64,000 nucleotides of DNA from the IMG/VR virus record IMGVR_UViG_637000339_000002, one strand, 5' to 3'. This document shows, one piece after another, positions 31,177 through 41,306 of this stretch. Under the pieces are notes generated by a model. That model had not been told where the DNA came from. It made no database searches and saw nothing but the letters and a program-made list of their open reading frames with translations. The first letter of the stretch is position 1; each line of letters opens with the position of its first letter. The position numbers and the translations under genes were made by a program. The stretch is from a virus (taxonomy: Duplodnaviria; Caudoviricetes).

Positions 31177-32225
31177 GAGTAAAAATAGATTTCTTTAGCG
31201 ATTCAAACACTGACCCTTCAGCTAAAATGAGGGAAGCGATGGCTAAAGCAAAAGTTGGAAACGAAGCTGCATGTGAAGATCCAACTGTGAACGAATTAGT
31301 GGCAACCGCATGTAAAATATTAGGTAAACCTGCAGGAATCTTTTTGATTTCAGGAACGATGTCCAATGTAATTGCTTATAAAGTACACATTCAAAGACCT
31401 GGTGATTACTTGCTGCTTGATGAAACTTCACATCCACTCATAGTACAATCTGGCTTGATCGCAGCCCAGGCACATGCTACTCCTTTGCCCATCAAAGGTA
31501 CAAGAGGAATATTTACTGGAGAACAAATTGTTGAGTTTATTACTCGTCCTAGTTTAAGAAATATTCCGAGAGTTGGGCTTGTTTCTATCGAACAAACGAC
31601 AAATTTTGGTGGTGGAGCTGTGTGGCCTTTAGAATATATTCAAGAGATCTCAAGTCTCTGCAAAGAGAATGACGTATTCACTCATTTAGATGGAGCAAGA
31701 CTGTTCAACGCTTGTGCTCATACTAAAATATCTCCAAAGGAGTATGCAAGTTATTTTGATTCGGTATTCATTGATTTTAGTAAAGGATTAGGTGCTCCAA
31801 TGGGTGCAATATTGCTTGGAAGTGAAGATTTTATTGAAAAAGCTTGGTACTATAAGTTTCAAATTGGCGGAGGTATGCACCAAGCTGGCATTATTTCAGC
31901 TGCATGTTTATATGCTCTACGTAATAATGTAAATTCTTTAGAAGAAGATCATAAAAAAATGCAGCACCTTATAGAAGGCCTAGACTCCATAGATCAAGTT
32001 ATAATTGATATCGACCTGTATAAAACTAATATAGCGTATTTTTCATTACGTACTAATTGTATATCTACTCAAGAATTAATAAACGTACTAATGACAAATT
32101 ATGGAATTAGAATGGCTAACATCAAAGGTAAAATCAGAGCTATAACACATAGAGATATAAGCTATGAAGATATTAATACTACTGTATCTGCTATAAGAAA
32201 GATACTAAGTAATTTTCTGCACTAA
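31173..32225 (+). CDS. Low-specificity threonine aldolase family protein (PLP), copy 2
   Basis: DFFSDS, EDPTV, SGTMSN, HLDGARLFNA, SKGLGAPMG. Confidence 0.9.
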   Translation: MRVKIDFFSDSNTDPSAKMREAMAKAKVGNEAACEDPTVNELVATACKILGKPAGIFLISGTMSNVIAYKVHIQRPGDYLLLDETSHPLIVQSGLIAAQAHATPLPIKGTRGIFTGEQIVEFITRPSLRNIPRVGLVSIEQTTNFGGGAVWPLEYIQEISSLCKENDVFTHLDGARLFNACAHTKISPKEYASYFDSVFIDFSKGLGAPMGAILLGSEDFIEKAWYYKFQIGGGMHQAGIISAACLYALRNNVNSLEEDHKKMQHLIEGLDSIDQVIIDIDLYKTNIAYFSLRTNCISTQELINVLMTNYGIRMANIKGKIRAITHRDISYEDINTTVSAIRKILSNFLH

Positions 32226-32295
32226 TTGTTTGCAAACTTCTTGTCAAACAATATTATACCAATATAGTATTATACTAGCATCTGCATAGAGCTAT

Positions 32296-33498
32296 TTGGA
32301 AATAGGTGTGAACTTTGTCTTCTTTCAATATTTACTATTCTTCTGTGGATATATGCTGCTTTATTTATCAAGACAAAGTATACCAATTGCTCTACCACTG
32401 TTAATAGATACTGACCATGTAAAATTAAGCTATTTTTTTGCCTGCTTTTCTTTTTTTTATGGAGTATCAAAATTTGTTAATGGAATAATCATGGACTCCA
32501 AAAATAATCCATTATTTATGTTTGGGCTATGCAATATTGCAACTGGATTATTAACCATTGGTATAACTTTATCATATAATAATCTAACTTTATTACTGTT
32601 AACATTAATATTATTAGCTTGGACACAAGGGTTAGGTTGGCCAGCTATTACCAAGTTTATGGTTACAAACTCTAGCATCTCTTCAATTGCATCATCATGG
32701 GGAGTTATGAGCGCATCTCAGCAACTTGGTTCTTGTATTACTTTAATTGTATTACCAAGTATAATTAAAATATATAATGCAAAAAGTGCATTTTTGTACT
32801 CTGGTTTCTTATGCTTACTTTTTGGAATTTATATAATATTAAAGGCATATTACAAAGAAAGTGCCAACTTTACTACCTATTATAAGGTGCAGAAATCTCA
32901 AATAGGTATCAAGGTAACAAGTTCCATATGGTTTCTATGTTGTGCTACTTTTTGTGCTTATATTATAAAAATGGGAATCTTCTTTTGGTTTCCTATAATT
33001 TTAAAGAATAAATTACAAATTTCTCTTGTACAATCCTCACTAATAACAGGCGTATATGATTTAGGTGGAATCCTTGGAACTTTAATAACAGGAAGAATTA
33101 GTGATATGTACTTCTTTCAAAATAGAAGCTTGCTGGCATCACTTTATATGTTGGGTATAGCACTCACTTTTATTGCAATGAACTTTGGTCAAAACATAAT
33201 TCTTATGAACCTTTGTGCAATCTTATCAGGATTCTTTATATTTGGAGTGCAAGTACTGACAGGTGTTATAGCTGTAGAAATTGCTCCACAAAATAATGTA
33301 TGTGCAATTGTAAGCTTAACAGGATTATTTGGGTATATTGCAAGTTCAATATTTTCATGCGTGCTCTTAGGAGTACTTGTTAAGCACTGTGGTAACAGTA
33401 TTATGTTTTCATTTTTTTCCATTTGCTCTGTTGTTGCACTCGTTTGCTTTTCCATACTATCAAGCAAAGATCTAAAAAAACTAAGTAAAGCGGTGTAA
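32296..33498 (+). CDS. MFS transporter (GlpT/UhpC-like organophosphate family)
   Basis: Y..RQ, YGVSKF..G...D, QG.GWP, G.ISD motifs; about 12 TM segments. Confidence 0.85.
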   Translation: MEIGVNFVFFQYLLFFCGYMLLYLSRQSIPIALPLLIDTDHVKLSYFFACFSFFYGVSKFVNGIIMDSKNNPLFMFGLCNIATGLLTIGITLSYNNLTLLLLTLILLAWTQGLGWPAITKFMVTNSSISSIASSWGVMSASQQLGSCITLIVLPSIIKIYNAKSAFLYSGFLCLLFGIYIILKAYYKESANFTTYYKVQKSQIGIKVTSSIWFLCCATFCAYIIKMGIFFWFPIILKNKLQISLVQSSLITGVYDLGGILGTLITGRISDMYFFQNRSLLASLYMLGIALTFIAMNFGQNIILMNLCAILSGFFIFGVQVLTGVIAVEIAPQNNVCAIVSLTGLFGYIASSIFSCVLLGVLVKHCGNSIMFSFFSICSVVALVCFSILSSKDLKKLSKAV

Positions 33499-33515
33499 AA
33501 AAAATTTCTCAACAG

Positions 33516-34823
33516 TTAAACTTTGTAGATAGATTTTTTACCCAAGGAATAAACATGGTAACCATATCTTAGTAATAGCTCGCTATCTAATAAATTACGG
33601 AAATCAAAAACATTAGGTGCAGCCATAATACTCTTTAAACTTGCAAAATCTTGATTTTTAAATTCTTTCCACTCCGTTAACAATAACAAGGCTTCCGCGT
33701 CCCTTGCAGCCCCTATAGCATTGTCCGCGTATTCTATATCCTTTAGAACTTGCCTAGCATTATCCATCCCCATTGGGTCATATGCAGTAATTTTAGCCTT
33801 GTTATTCACTAACAATTGTGCAATATCTATAGCTGGGCTATTTCTTACATCATCAGTACCAGACTTAAAAGTTAGCCCCCATATTGCTATTTTTTTATTT
33901 TGGACTCCATTTAATACATATTCTACCTTTTTAGCAATGTTTGTTATATGATTATAGTTAGATTCCTTAACTGAATTTAAAATTTGTAGCTTGACATTGT
34001 GATCTTCAGCAAGCCTTATTAAAGCTGACAAATCTTTAGGAAAACATGATCCTCCAAATCCTGGACCAGCTTTGAGAAATTCCTTACCTATTCTATGGTC
34101 CATTCCCATACTGTTAGCTAAAAGGTCAATGTCTGCTCCTAATAGCTCACATAAACCTGCCATCTCATTGATAAAAGCAACCTTTGTTGCTAGAAAAGCA
34201 TTAGAAGCATATTTAATCATTTCAGCAGTAACTGTATCAGTGACTATTAACGGAATATTCTTATCTATAAATGATCTATATATAACTTCTAGTTTTGCTC
34301 TAGCTAGCTTAGTTTTTACTCCTATTATTATCCTATCTGGGTATAAAAAATCTGATACTGCAGAGCCTTGCTTGAGAAACTCTGGATTAACCCCCAAATC
34401 AAAGTTATAGCCCTTATTAGATAAATAATTATATATATTTTCTGCAGTACCAGGAGGAACAGTTGACTTTATCACTATTAAGCAATCTTGATTAACTCTC
34501 TCAGAAACTTCACTTACTGCATTATATACATTCTGTAAATTTGCATTTCCTAGGGAGTCTGATGGAGTATCTACAGTTACAAACACTACTTCTGTGTTGG
34601 GATTTATTTGAGAATACGAATCGAAGAATCTTATCCTTTGTAACTTTATATTATTCTCTAAATAGTCTGCTAATCCAGGCTCATATATAGGAATTTTTCC
34701 TAATTTCAATAACTCAATCTTCTTAGTATTTATGTCAATGCAATCAACGTTATGACCCTGCTCTGATAACATTGCACAAGATACTAAACCTACATACCCT
34801 ATTCCTATAATGGTTATATACAT
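33516..34823 (-). CDS. ugd: UDP-glucose 6-dehydrogenase
   Basis: GIGYVG, KSTVPPGT, NPEFL, GFGGSCFPKD, FKSGTDDVR.SP. Confidence 0.93.
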   Translation of the reverse strand: MYITIIGIGYVGLVSCAMLSEQGHNVDCIDINTKKIELLKLGKIPIYEPGLADYLENNIKLQRIRFFDSYSQINPNTEVVFVTVDTPSDSLGNANLQNVYNAVSEVSERVNQDCLIVIKSTVPPGTAENIYNYLSNKGYNFDLGVNPEFLKQGSAVSDFLYPDRIIIGVKTKLARAKLEVIYRSFIDKNIPLIVTDTVTAEMIKYASNAFLATKVAFINEMAGLCELLGADIDLLANSMGMDHRIGKEFLKAGPGFGGSCFPKDLSALIRLAEDHNVKLQILNSVKESNYNHITNIAKKVEYVLNGVQNKKIAIWGLTFKSGTDDVRNSPAIDIAQLLVNNKAKITAYDPMGMDNARQVLKDIEYADNAIGAARDAEALLLLTEWKEFKNQDFASLKSIMAAPNVFDFRNLLDSELLLRYGYHVYSLGKKSIYKV

Positions 34824-34887
34824 CTTGTCATCACCTTAAAAATATCCTAATGTAGCTCAACTGCTTAAACATTTAAAAAGAACATCA

Positions 34888-35802
34888 TTAACAATTAGAG
34901 TCATAAATTTTTACTCTAGCGTTGCATACATTATTTTTCTTAATTACTTTACTTTCTGAATAAACTATAAACAAAGTCGATGGTATTAATATTAAAATAC
35001 CATACAAAGCACTTTTATCAGGCAACTCATTAAACATAACATATGTTACTATTGCAGAAATTATTAGCTCTATGTATCTATATGGTGCAAGTGCAGTAGC
35101 ATCTGCAAGAGTAAAAGCTTTTAATGTGAAGAACAGAATTAGATTTGAATTAATTCCCAAAATCAGTAGTAATACTAATTCTAACAAGGAAGGCAAATGC
35201 CAATAAAACAGCAAAGGCACAGTGGAAAAAATAGTTGTTGTTAGAGCTGAATAAAATAACATACTTATTACGGACTCTTTTATTGCGAGTTTCTTATTAA
35301 GTATGTCTAATATAGCAAAGATTAATGTAGATACAATAAAAATAAGAATTTTAGGATTAAAGTCTTCACTATAAGCTTTGGTAGTAATAGCAATACCAAC
35401 AAAGCCAATAACAGTTACTGACCATCTTTGCCAAATTATATTTTCATTTAGTAAAGGGATTGCAAGAAGTATAACAAATAATGGTATAGAAAAACTTATA
35501 ATTGTTGCAGTTACTATGGGAAAAATAGCTAACCCATAGGTCCACAAGGTTATTCCAACAAATAACAATACTCCTCTAGTTATCTGAATAGATATTTGAC
35601 TTGTTTTAAAAGCTTCTCTTCCATAGTAAAGCATAAAAGGTACAAGGGTAATAGTGCTAAATAAAAAGCGGAAAAAGATTACTTCAAAACTTTGGAGATG
35701 TAAACTTAGATATTTTGATATAGTATCATTAGCTACACTACTAAGTAAACTGAGTATAAACCAGGTAACTCCAAGCAAATAAGCTCTTAATCTGTGATCC
35801 AT
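34888..35802 (-). CDS. EamA/DMT family transporter
   Basis: About 10 TM segments in two EamA repeats; FFRF, P....L....L.E motifs. Confidence 0.88.
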   Translation of the reverse strand: MDHRLRAYLLGVTWFILSLLSSVANDTISKYLSLHLQSFEVIFFRFLFSTITLVPFMLYYGREAFKTSQISIQITRGVLLFVGITLWTYGLAIFPIVTATIISFSIPLFVILLAIPLLNENIIWQRWSVTVIGFVGIAITTKAYSEDFNPKILIFIVSTLIFAILDILNKKLAIKESVISMLFYSALTTTIFSTVPLLFYWHLPSLLELVLLLILGINSNLILFFTLKAFTLADATALAPYRYIELIISAIVTYVMFNELPDKSALYGILILIPSTLFIVYSESKVIKKNNVCNARVKIYDSNC

Positions 35803-36285
35803 AAAACTCCCAATTTAATATTTTATGAGATAACTTTACTATAAAAAAGATCAATACTAGACAAGTTTTCCTCTATCTACTGTTTAACCATATTCATAAA
35901 TATTTAGTAGAAATGATTTGAGAAGTATTATATAAAGTGCAGCTTTATTGTATAATTTTAATAAACAGAAATGCTAACTGATTTTTTTGTAATATATGAT
36001 AATACTTGCGAATACTATCACATTATCAGGAAAAGTAATCGGGAGTACTGACGGCTGTGGCAATTTTACCAACTAGCTTCTCTGCTAGCATTAGCAATAT
36101 GTGTTTTCAGTGTTAGCTGTGAAGACGTTAAAGAAAGTTATCAAACAAGCAAATTAGCAGCAAAACTTTACGAAAATGCTTCAGTTGAGTCAGCTAAACA
36201 AATTTTCAGAATAGATATATTAAATACGTAACCATCTTTACTTATATCTTAATATAATGTTTCTCAGTACCGTCTTTAACACAAT

Positions 36286-37197
36286 TCAATTTTCACACTC
36301 ATCAGCAGTTAGGCCACTTGCTCGCACAATAATATCAATTGCAACACCTGCCTTTGCTAGATTTTTCGCAACCCTGATTTTCTCTGCTTTTTTAACTTTT
36401 TCCTTGCCGCTTTTCATATCTTCAGATAGAGATTTGACTAACGCATCTAATGATTCCGGTTCTCTGTACTCGTTTATTAAGCTCAATAGCTTTTTACTTT
36501 CTCTCGTTTCAGGTAGCAAGACTTTAATATTTACTGATAATGCTCCTGCTATTTCATATAATTTATCAAATAGTATGGTAGTATAACCTCTTTCATATTC
36601 ATGTATTTCCTTGAGTGTTACGCCAACTTTATCCGCTAAATCTTTTTGAGTATACCTTCTTATTAACCTCCATTCTCTTATTCTTTGCCCTATTCTGTAA
36701 TATATAGAATCAGTGCAGATTTCTCTCTCTGTATTATCATACTCGTAAATAGATAAGCCGGTTGCCTGGGAAATTATGTCAACTGAAACTCCTTCTTTCA
36801 CTAGATTTTTTGCTATTTCCAACCTTGCCTCTTCTTGATTAATTTTTTCGCTAATATGAACAAACCTGACTAATGAAGGTACTATTTTGCCTAACTTTTG
36901 ATTCTCATATATTTTCGTTAGATAGAGTATTTCCTCGTCTTCATAGCTGTCTTCCCTTACTATTACTGGTTCGGGTAATAAATCTATAGCATTAACTGAC
37001 AATACTCTTGCTATTACATATAGTACTTCAATTGGAATAGGAATATACCCATTTTCATAGCTGTTTACTTCTTGGTATGTTAAACCTATTTCACTTGCCA
37101 ATTCTACTTGAGTATGCCCTCGCATTAACCTGCTATCTTCTATTTTTTGTCCTATTTTGTAGCTTATAGAACTAATATCGCTTACAGAAACAAACAT
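36286..37197 (-). CDS. Double XRE-HTH regulator, wmk paralog
   Basis: Two [HTH TQ..LA...G.T..E...YE.G plus AKNL.K.GV..DII...GL] units; likely start ATG 37197. Confidence 0.88.
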   Translation of the reverse strand: MFVSVSDISSISYKIGQKIEDSRLMRGHTQVELASEIGLTYQEVNSYENGYIPIPIEVLYVIARVLSVNAIDLLPEPVIVREDSYEDEEILYLTKIYENQKLGKIVPSLVRFVHISEKINQEEARLEIAKNLVKEGVSVDIISQATGLSIYEYDNTEREICTDSIYYRIGQRIREWRLIRRYTQKDLADKVGVTLKEIHEYERGYTTILFDKLYEIAGALSVNIKVLLPETRESKKLLSLINEYREPESLDALVKSLSEDMKSGKEKVKKAEKIRVAKNLAKAGVAIDIIVRASGLTADECEN

Positions 37198-37222
37198 ATA
37201 TACCTTACTTAGAAATAAATTT

Positions 37223-38131
37223 TCATGCAATTTGATCAACGGATAAACCGATTATTTGCAAAATAATATCAATAGAAATTCCCCCTTTTACTAAATCCTT
37301 TGCAACTTTAATCCTTTCTATCTCTCTCACTTTCTCCTCACAAATCCGTATCCCTTCAAACAAAGACTTTATTAGTGCATGCCGTAGTTCTTGGCTCTCA
37401 ATTTCTTTGTATTCTTTAATCAAATCAGGTAGCTCATTTTTCACTTTACTCCCTTCCTTTATTAGTAGATCCGTAATATTAATCGATAATGCTTCTGCCA
37501 TTTCATATAATTTATCAAGTGGAACAGCAGTCCTTCCTTGCTCATAGTTGCTTATTTCGTCACGTGTTGTACTCATTTTTTCTACTAAATCTTTTTGAGT
37601 ATACTCTCTCACTAGCCTCCATTCTTTTATCTTCTTTCCTATTTGGCAGTAAATAGAACCTCCTTTTTCTTCAACGCATTCATCAGCAGAGAGGCCAATT
37701 GTTTTTGCAACAATATCAACAGAAACTCCTGCTTTAACCAAACCTTTTGCAATCTTTATTTTCTCTGCTTTTTTACTACTTTTTTCACTAACTTGGACAA
37801 AATTGGTTAGTAAACAAAACATCTTACGTAACTCCTGGTCATTAATCTTTTTATATTCTCTTACTAGATTTAAGATTTCTTCTCCCTCATCTTCAAGACA
37901 GCTTTTTGATATAGGAATTAGATCCGTAATACTGATTGATAGTGCCTCAGTTATAGCATATAACCTTTCAATTGAAATTCTACGATTCCCTTTTTCATAT
38001 TGAAGTATTACCCAGTACTTTACACCAAGTTTCTCTGCTAAATCTTTCTGAGTATACCCTCTCTCTAACCTCCAACTTTTTAATTTTTCTCCCACTTTAT
38101 AATCTAGACTTTTTTCCACAAAAAGAACCAT
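37223..38131 (-). CDS. Double XRE-HTH regulator, wmk paralog
   Basis: Same two-unit architecture; highly similar to 40266-41177. Confidence 0.9.
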   Translation of the reverse strand: MVLFVEKSLDYKVGEKLKSWRLERGYTQKDLAEKLGVKYWVILQYEKGNRRISIERLYAITEALSISITDLIPISKSCLEDEGEEILNLVREYKKINDQELRKMFCLLTNFVQVSEKSSKKAEKIKIAKGLVKAGVSVDIVAKTIGLSADECVEEKGGSIYCQIGKKIKEWRLVREYTQKDLVEKMSTTRDEISNYEQGRTAVPLDKLYEMAEALSINITDLLIKEGSKVKNELPDLIKEYKEIESQELRHALIKSLFEGIRICEEKVREIERIKVAKDLVKGGISIDIILQIIGLSVDQIA

Positions 38132-38157
38132 ACATATAATATTTTATACTATAGCTC

Positions 38158-38195
38158 AAAGGCTCCAGATATAATAGCCAGACTCTGGAACCTTT
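38158..38195. terminator. Stem-loop between the frameshifted gene and the regulator
   Basis: AAAGGCTCCAGA...TCTGGAACCTTT inverted repeat. Confidence 0.45.
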
Positions 38196-38206
38196 AAATT
38201 GATGAA

Positions 38207-39339
38207 TTAAAGTGCCCTACAAGTTTCTTTACTATTTTCACGTACTTTGTCTGCCCATGAAAACAATTTTTCACTTACTTCCTTCTGCTTTTCACTCCAT
38301 ATGCCGCACCTAGTGAAATTACCTCTTTCTACCACTTTCTTAAGTTTCACTCCCCCAAAAAGGCAATTTTTTCCAATTTCTTCTCCTCTTTTTTGTAATT
38401 CAGCCCACATTTCCTTATCCGCTACTTTTACTTGTACCTGACTGCAGTTTTTTACGTCCTGGTACAATACAATATTTAGCTTACCAAGGCTTGTAGGAAA
38501 TTCTAACACACGGAGCTACCATCTGATACATCAACGTAATTTCTTGCACCTCCTTCCTCCCTTCTGATCTCAACTGCATTATTACCCATTTTTAAAATGT
38601 TACTCCCTAACTCTCTCAGTATTTTGGCTACCTCTACCTTGCTATTCCCAGAAAACTCTATGTACGATGTTGTATTATCTATCTCAACATCTATTAATTC
38701 TCCTTCTTGCACAGCACTTTCGCCAGCTTTCTCTAGTTCTTCTAGTCTCTCATCTATCTGTGGCTGAACTTCTGGTTGTAGCTCATTATAGATTTCACCT
38801 ATCAGTTTATTCTGTAGTAGAGTATCATGAAACTCTGCACCACTTAGCATTAGCTTACGCATTATCTTTTTTCGATCACTTTTTTCTAATCTGTGAAAGT
38901 GTGTGCCCAATATCATGTATTCTGCGAAGCTCCACTCCCCATCATTACATGCATTTACTCTTGCTCCAGAGGCTAATACTTGCTCTATAACTTTATGCAA
39001 TGCATTTACGTTTTTTGTCTCTACTACAGCACTCTTAAACCAGCTCAACTTTTCACTTTCGCTTGCACTTGGTTTTATTTTTTGCAAATTTGAAGCAAAT
39101 GGATTTAAATCTTCTGCTTGATCATTTAAAGGTTTTGTGCCATAAACATAGTCAAGGCTTTTCCCGTAGTTGATTTTGTTTTCGCGAATGTTTCTGCTAG
39201 GGGAGGCCTCCCGGTTTATCTCCTTCTGGTTATTAATTTTACTCACAAATTTAGACTGCTTTATATCAACGCCTTCAAGAGCACCAAATATTTTCTTGTG
39301 ATTAACATTAGTCTTTTTATTCCGATCTTTACTAGTCAT
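38207..39339 (-). pseudogene. Frameshifted hypothetical protein homologous to the central domain of 52238-55138
   Basis: ORFs 38503-39339 and 38207-38509 join at DGSSV|LEFPTSLG and align colinearly with EGSDIVLTFYTSLG of the 966-aa protein. Confidence 0.8.
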
Positions 39340-39394
39340 ATAAACCTCATATTAAAAATACTTTTTAAGCGTACAATAAACTTTATACATCTTA

Positions 39395-39429
39395 CTACTC
39401 ATTATAAATTATAATGAGTAGATTTGCAA
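39395..39429 (-). promoter_or_regulatory. Sigma70 promoter overlapped by a perfect 12-bp inverted repeat (operator or radC terminator)
   Basis: CTACTCATTATA-aat-TATAATGAGTAG; minus strand TTGCAA, 17 nt, TATAAT. Confidence 0.55.
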
Positions 39430-39439
39430 ATACTTTCTA

Positions 39440-40096
39440 CTATAACAATCCATTTTCTCGAAAGCTGAAATAGCCTCCACTTGTGATGATAATATGGTCA
39501 AACAATTTTACGCTTACAGTACTACATGCTGCTGCTAAGCTCTTCGTTACTGCTTGATCTTCTTCTGATGGCTCTAAGCTCCCTCCAGGATGGTTATGTG
39601 ACATTATTATTGATGTTGCATTTTTCATTAATGCCTTTCTTGTAATTTCCTTTATGTATACTGGTGCTTTTTCCATTTCACCAATATAGGATTCTTCTCC
39701 AATTAGTTGACGCCTTTTATTCAAGTACAGTATTTTTACACATTCCCTTTCTGAGTGGCCTATACTTACGTTTAAGTACTCTACTATCCCTTGTAAGTCC
39801 ATGATTGGCTCACTCTTAAGCTTTTCTTTCAGTACCCTTTCTAGTGTTTCCTTAACACACATAATCATTGCTACTGCAGAATCAGTTACTCCTTCTATAA
39901 CTTTCAGGTCATCCATTTCTCTACCTAAAATCCTTCCTACTCCTGTATAAGTATTCACCAAATTTTTAGCAATTTCTTGAGCCTGTGGGCTTTCATGTAC
40001 TGCACTTAGAAACGTTTCCATTATTTCACGATCAAGTAGTGCTTTGCCTTTGCTTTCTAATATTCTGAATTCGATTTCTTCTTTACTTTTATTCAT
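39440..40096 (-). CDS. radC: RadC family JAB-domain protein
   Basis: HhH-like N-terminus; E...HNHPGG..EPS..D...DHII JAB motif. Confidence 0.92.
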   Translation of the reverse strand: MNKSKEEIEFRILESKGKALLDREIMETFLSAVHESPQAQEIAKNLVNTYTGVGRILGREMDDLKVIEGVTDSAVAMIMCVKETLERVLKEKLKSEPIMDLQGIVEYLNVSIGHSERECVKILYLNKRRQLIGEESYIGEMEKAPVYIKEITRKALMKNATSIIMSHNHPGGSLEPSEEDQAVTKSLAAACSTVSVKLFDHIIITSGGYFSFRENGLL

Positions 40097-40265
40097 ATAA
40101 TTTACCTTTCACTAACAACAAACTTTTTTTAGATATTTACTGCTGTTTTTTATCAGCATTGGCATAAAGCCATAGCTTTCGAGTGAAGTCAAATCAATTT
40201 CTCAATCTTTTTTACTTATTTTTTCATCTAAGAGTAAAGATATTAATATATACTGATTTTTTATT

Positions 40266-41177
40266 TTAAATCTGTTGAATTTCACCTAAAGAGAGGCCTG
40301 TTATTTGCAAAATAATATCGGTAGAAATTCCTCCTTTCACTAAATCCTTTGCAATTTTCATCTTTTCTGCTCTTTTCACTTTTTCTTCGCAAATTTGTAT
40401 GCTTTCAAACAGAGATTTTATTAGCGCATAGCGTAATTCTTGACTCTCAATTTTTTTGTATTCTTTTATTAAATCAGGTAGCTCACTTTCTACTATCTCA
40501 TCTTCCTCTATGAGCAGATCTGTAATGCTAATTGATAATGTTTCTGCTATTGCATATAATTTTTCCAGTGGAATGGCCACACGTCCTTGCTCATAGTTGC
40601 TTATTTCATCACGTGTTGTATCCATTTTCTCAGCCAAATCCTTTTGAGTATACTCTCTCACTAGCCTCCATTCTTTTATCTTTTTTCCTATTTGGTAGTA
40701 GATAGAACCTGTTTTTTCTTCAACACACTCATTAGCAGAGAGGCCAATTGCTTGTGAAACAATATCAACAGAAATTCCTGCTTTAACCATACCCTTTGCA
40801 ATTTTTACCTTCTCTGCTTTTTTACTACTTTTCTCACCAACTCGGGTAAATTTTGTTAGCAAGTAAAACACCTTGCGCAACTCTTGATCATTAATCGTTT
40901 TATATTTTCTTACTAGATTTAATATTTCCTCTTCTTCGTTTTTAAGGCAAATTTTTTCACTTGATACAGGAATAAGATCTATGATGCCAACCGATAACAC
41001 TTCTGCTATAGCATACAATTTCTCAATCGAAATTTTACGTGTTCCTTTTTCATATTGTAGTACTACTTGATACGTTACGCCAATTTTTCCCGCTAAATCT
41101 TTTTGAGTATAACCTCGCTTTAACCTCCAGCTCCTTACTTTTTGTGCTATTTTGTACCTTATCGAGATATTTGCCAT
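40266..41177 (-). CDS. wmk: WO-mediated killing candidate Wmk, double XRE-HTH protein (303 aa)
   Basis: MANISIRYKIAQKVRSWRLKRG... recognised from memory as wMel Wmk; lies between radC and the Rpn gene. Confidence 0.85.
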   Translation of the reverse strand: MANISIRYKIAQKVRSWRLKRGYTQKDLAGKIGVTYQVVLQYEKGTRKISIEKLYAIAEVLSVGIIDLIPVSSEKICLKNEEEEILNLVRKYKTINDQELRKVFYLLTKFTRVGEKSSKKAEKVKIAKGMVKAGISVDIVSQAIGLSANECVEEKTGSIYYQIGKKIKEWRLVREYTQKDLAEKMDTTRDEISNYEQGRVAIPLEKLYAIAETLSISITDLLIEEDEIVESELPDLIKEYKKIESQELRYALIKSLFESIQICEEKVKRAEKMKIAKDLVKGGISTDIILQITGLSLGEIQQI

Positions 41178-41250
41178 AAATATTATACAGGTTAATACTA
41201 CCAAATAAAGATATACAAAAGGGATGCTTCTTTCTATGTTTGAATTTTAG

Positions 41251-41279
41251 TTGAATATTTCTTCACAATTGTGTATAAT
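41251..41279 (+). promoter_or_regulatory. Promoter of the Rpn/DenV-like pair, in the divergent gap with wmk
   Basis: TTGAAT, 17 nt, TATAAT with extended TG; palindrome CACAATTGTG at 41264-41273. Confidence 0.55.
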
Positions 41280-41306
41280 TATTAATGCTTTTTAAGTGGA
41301 TTTCCT

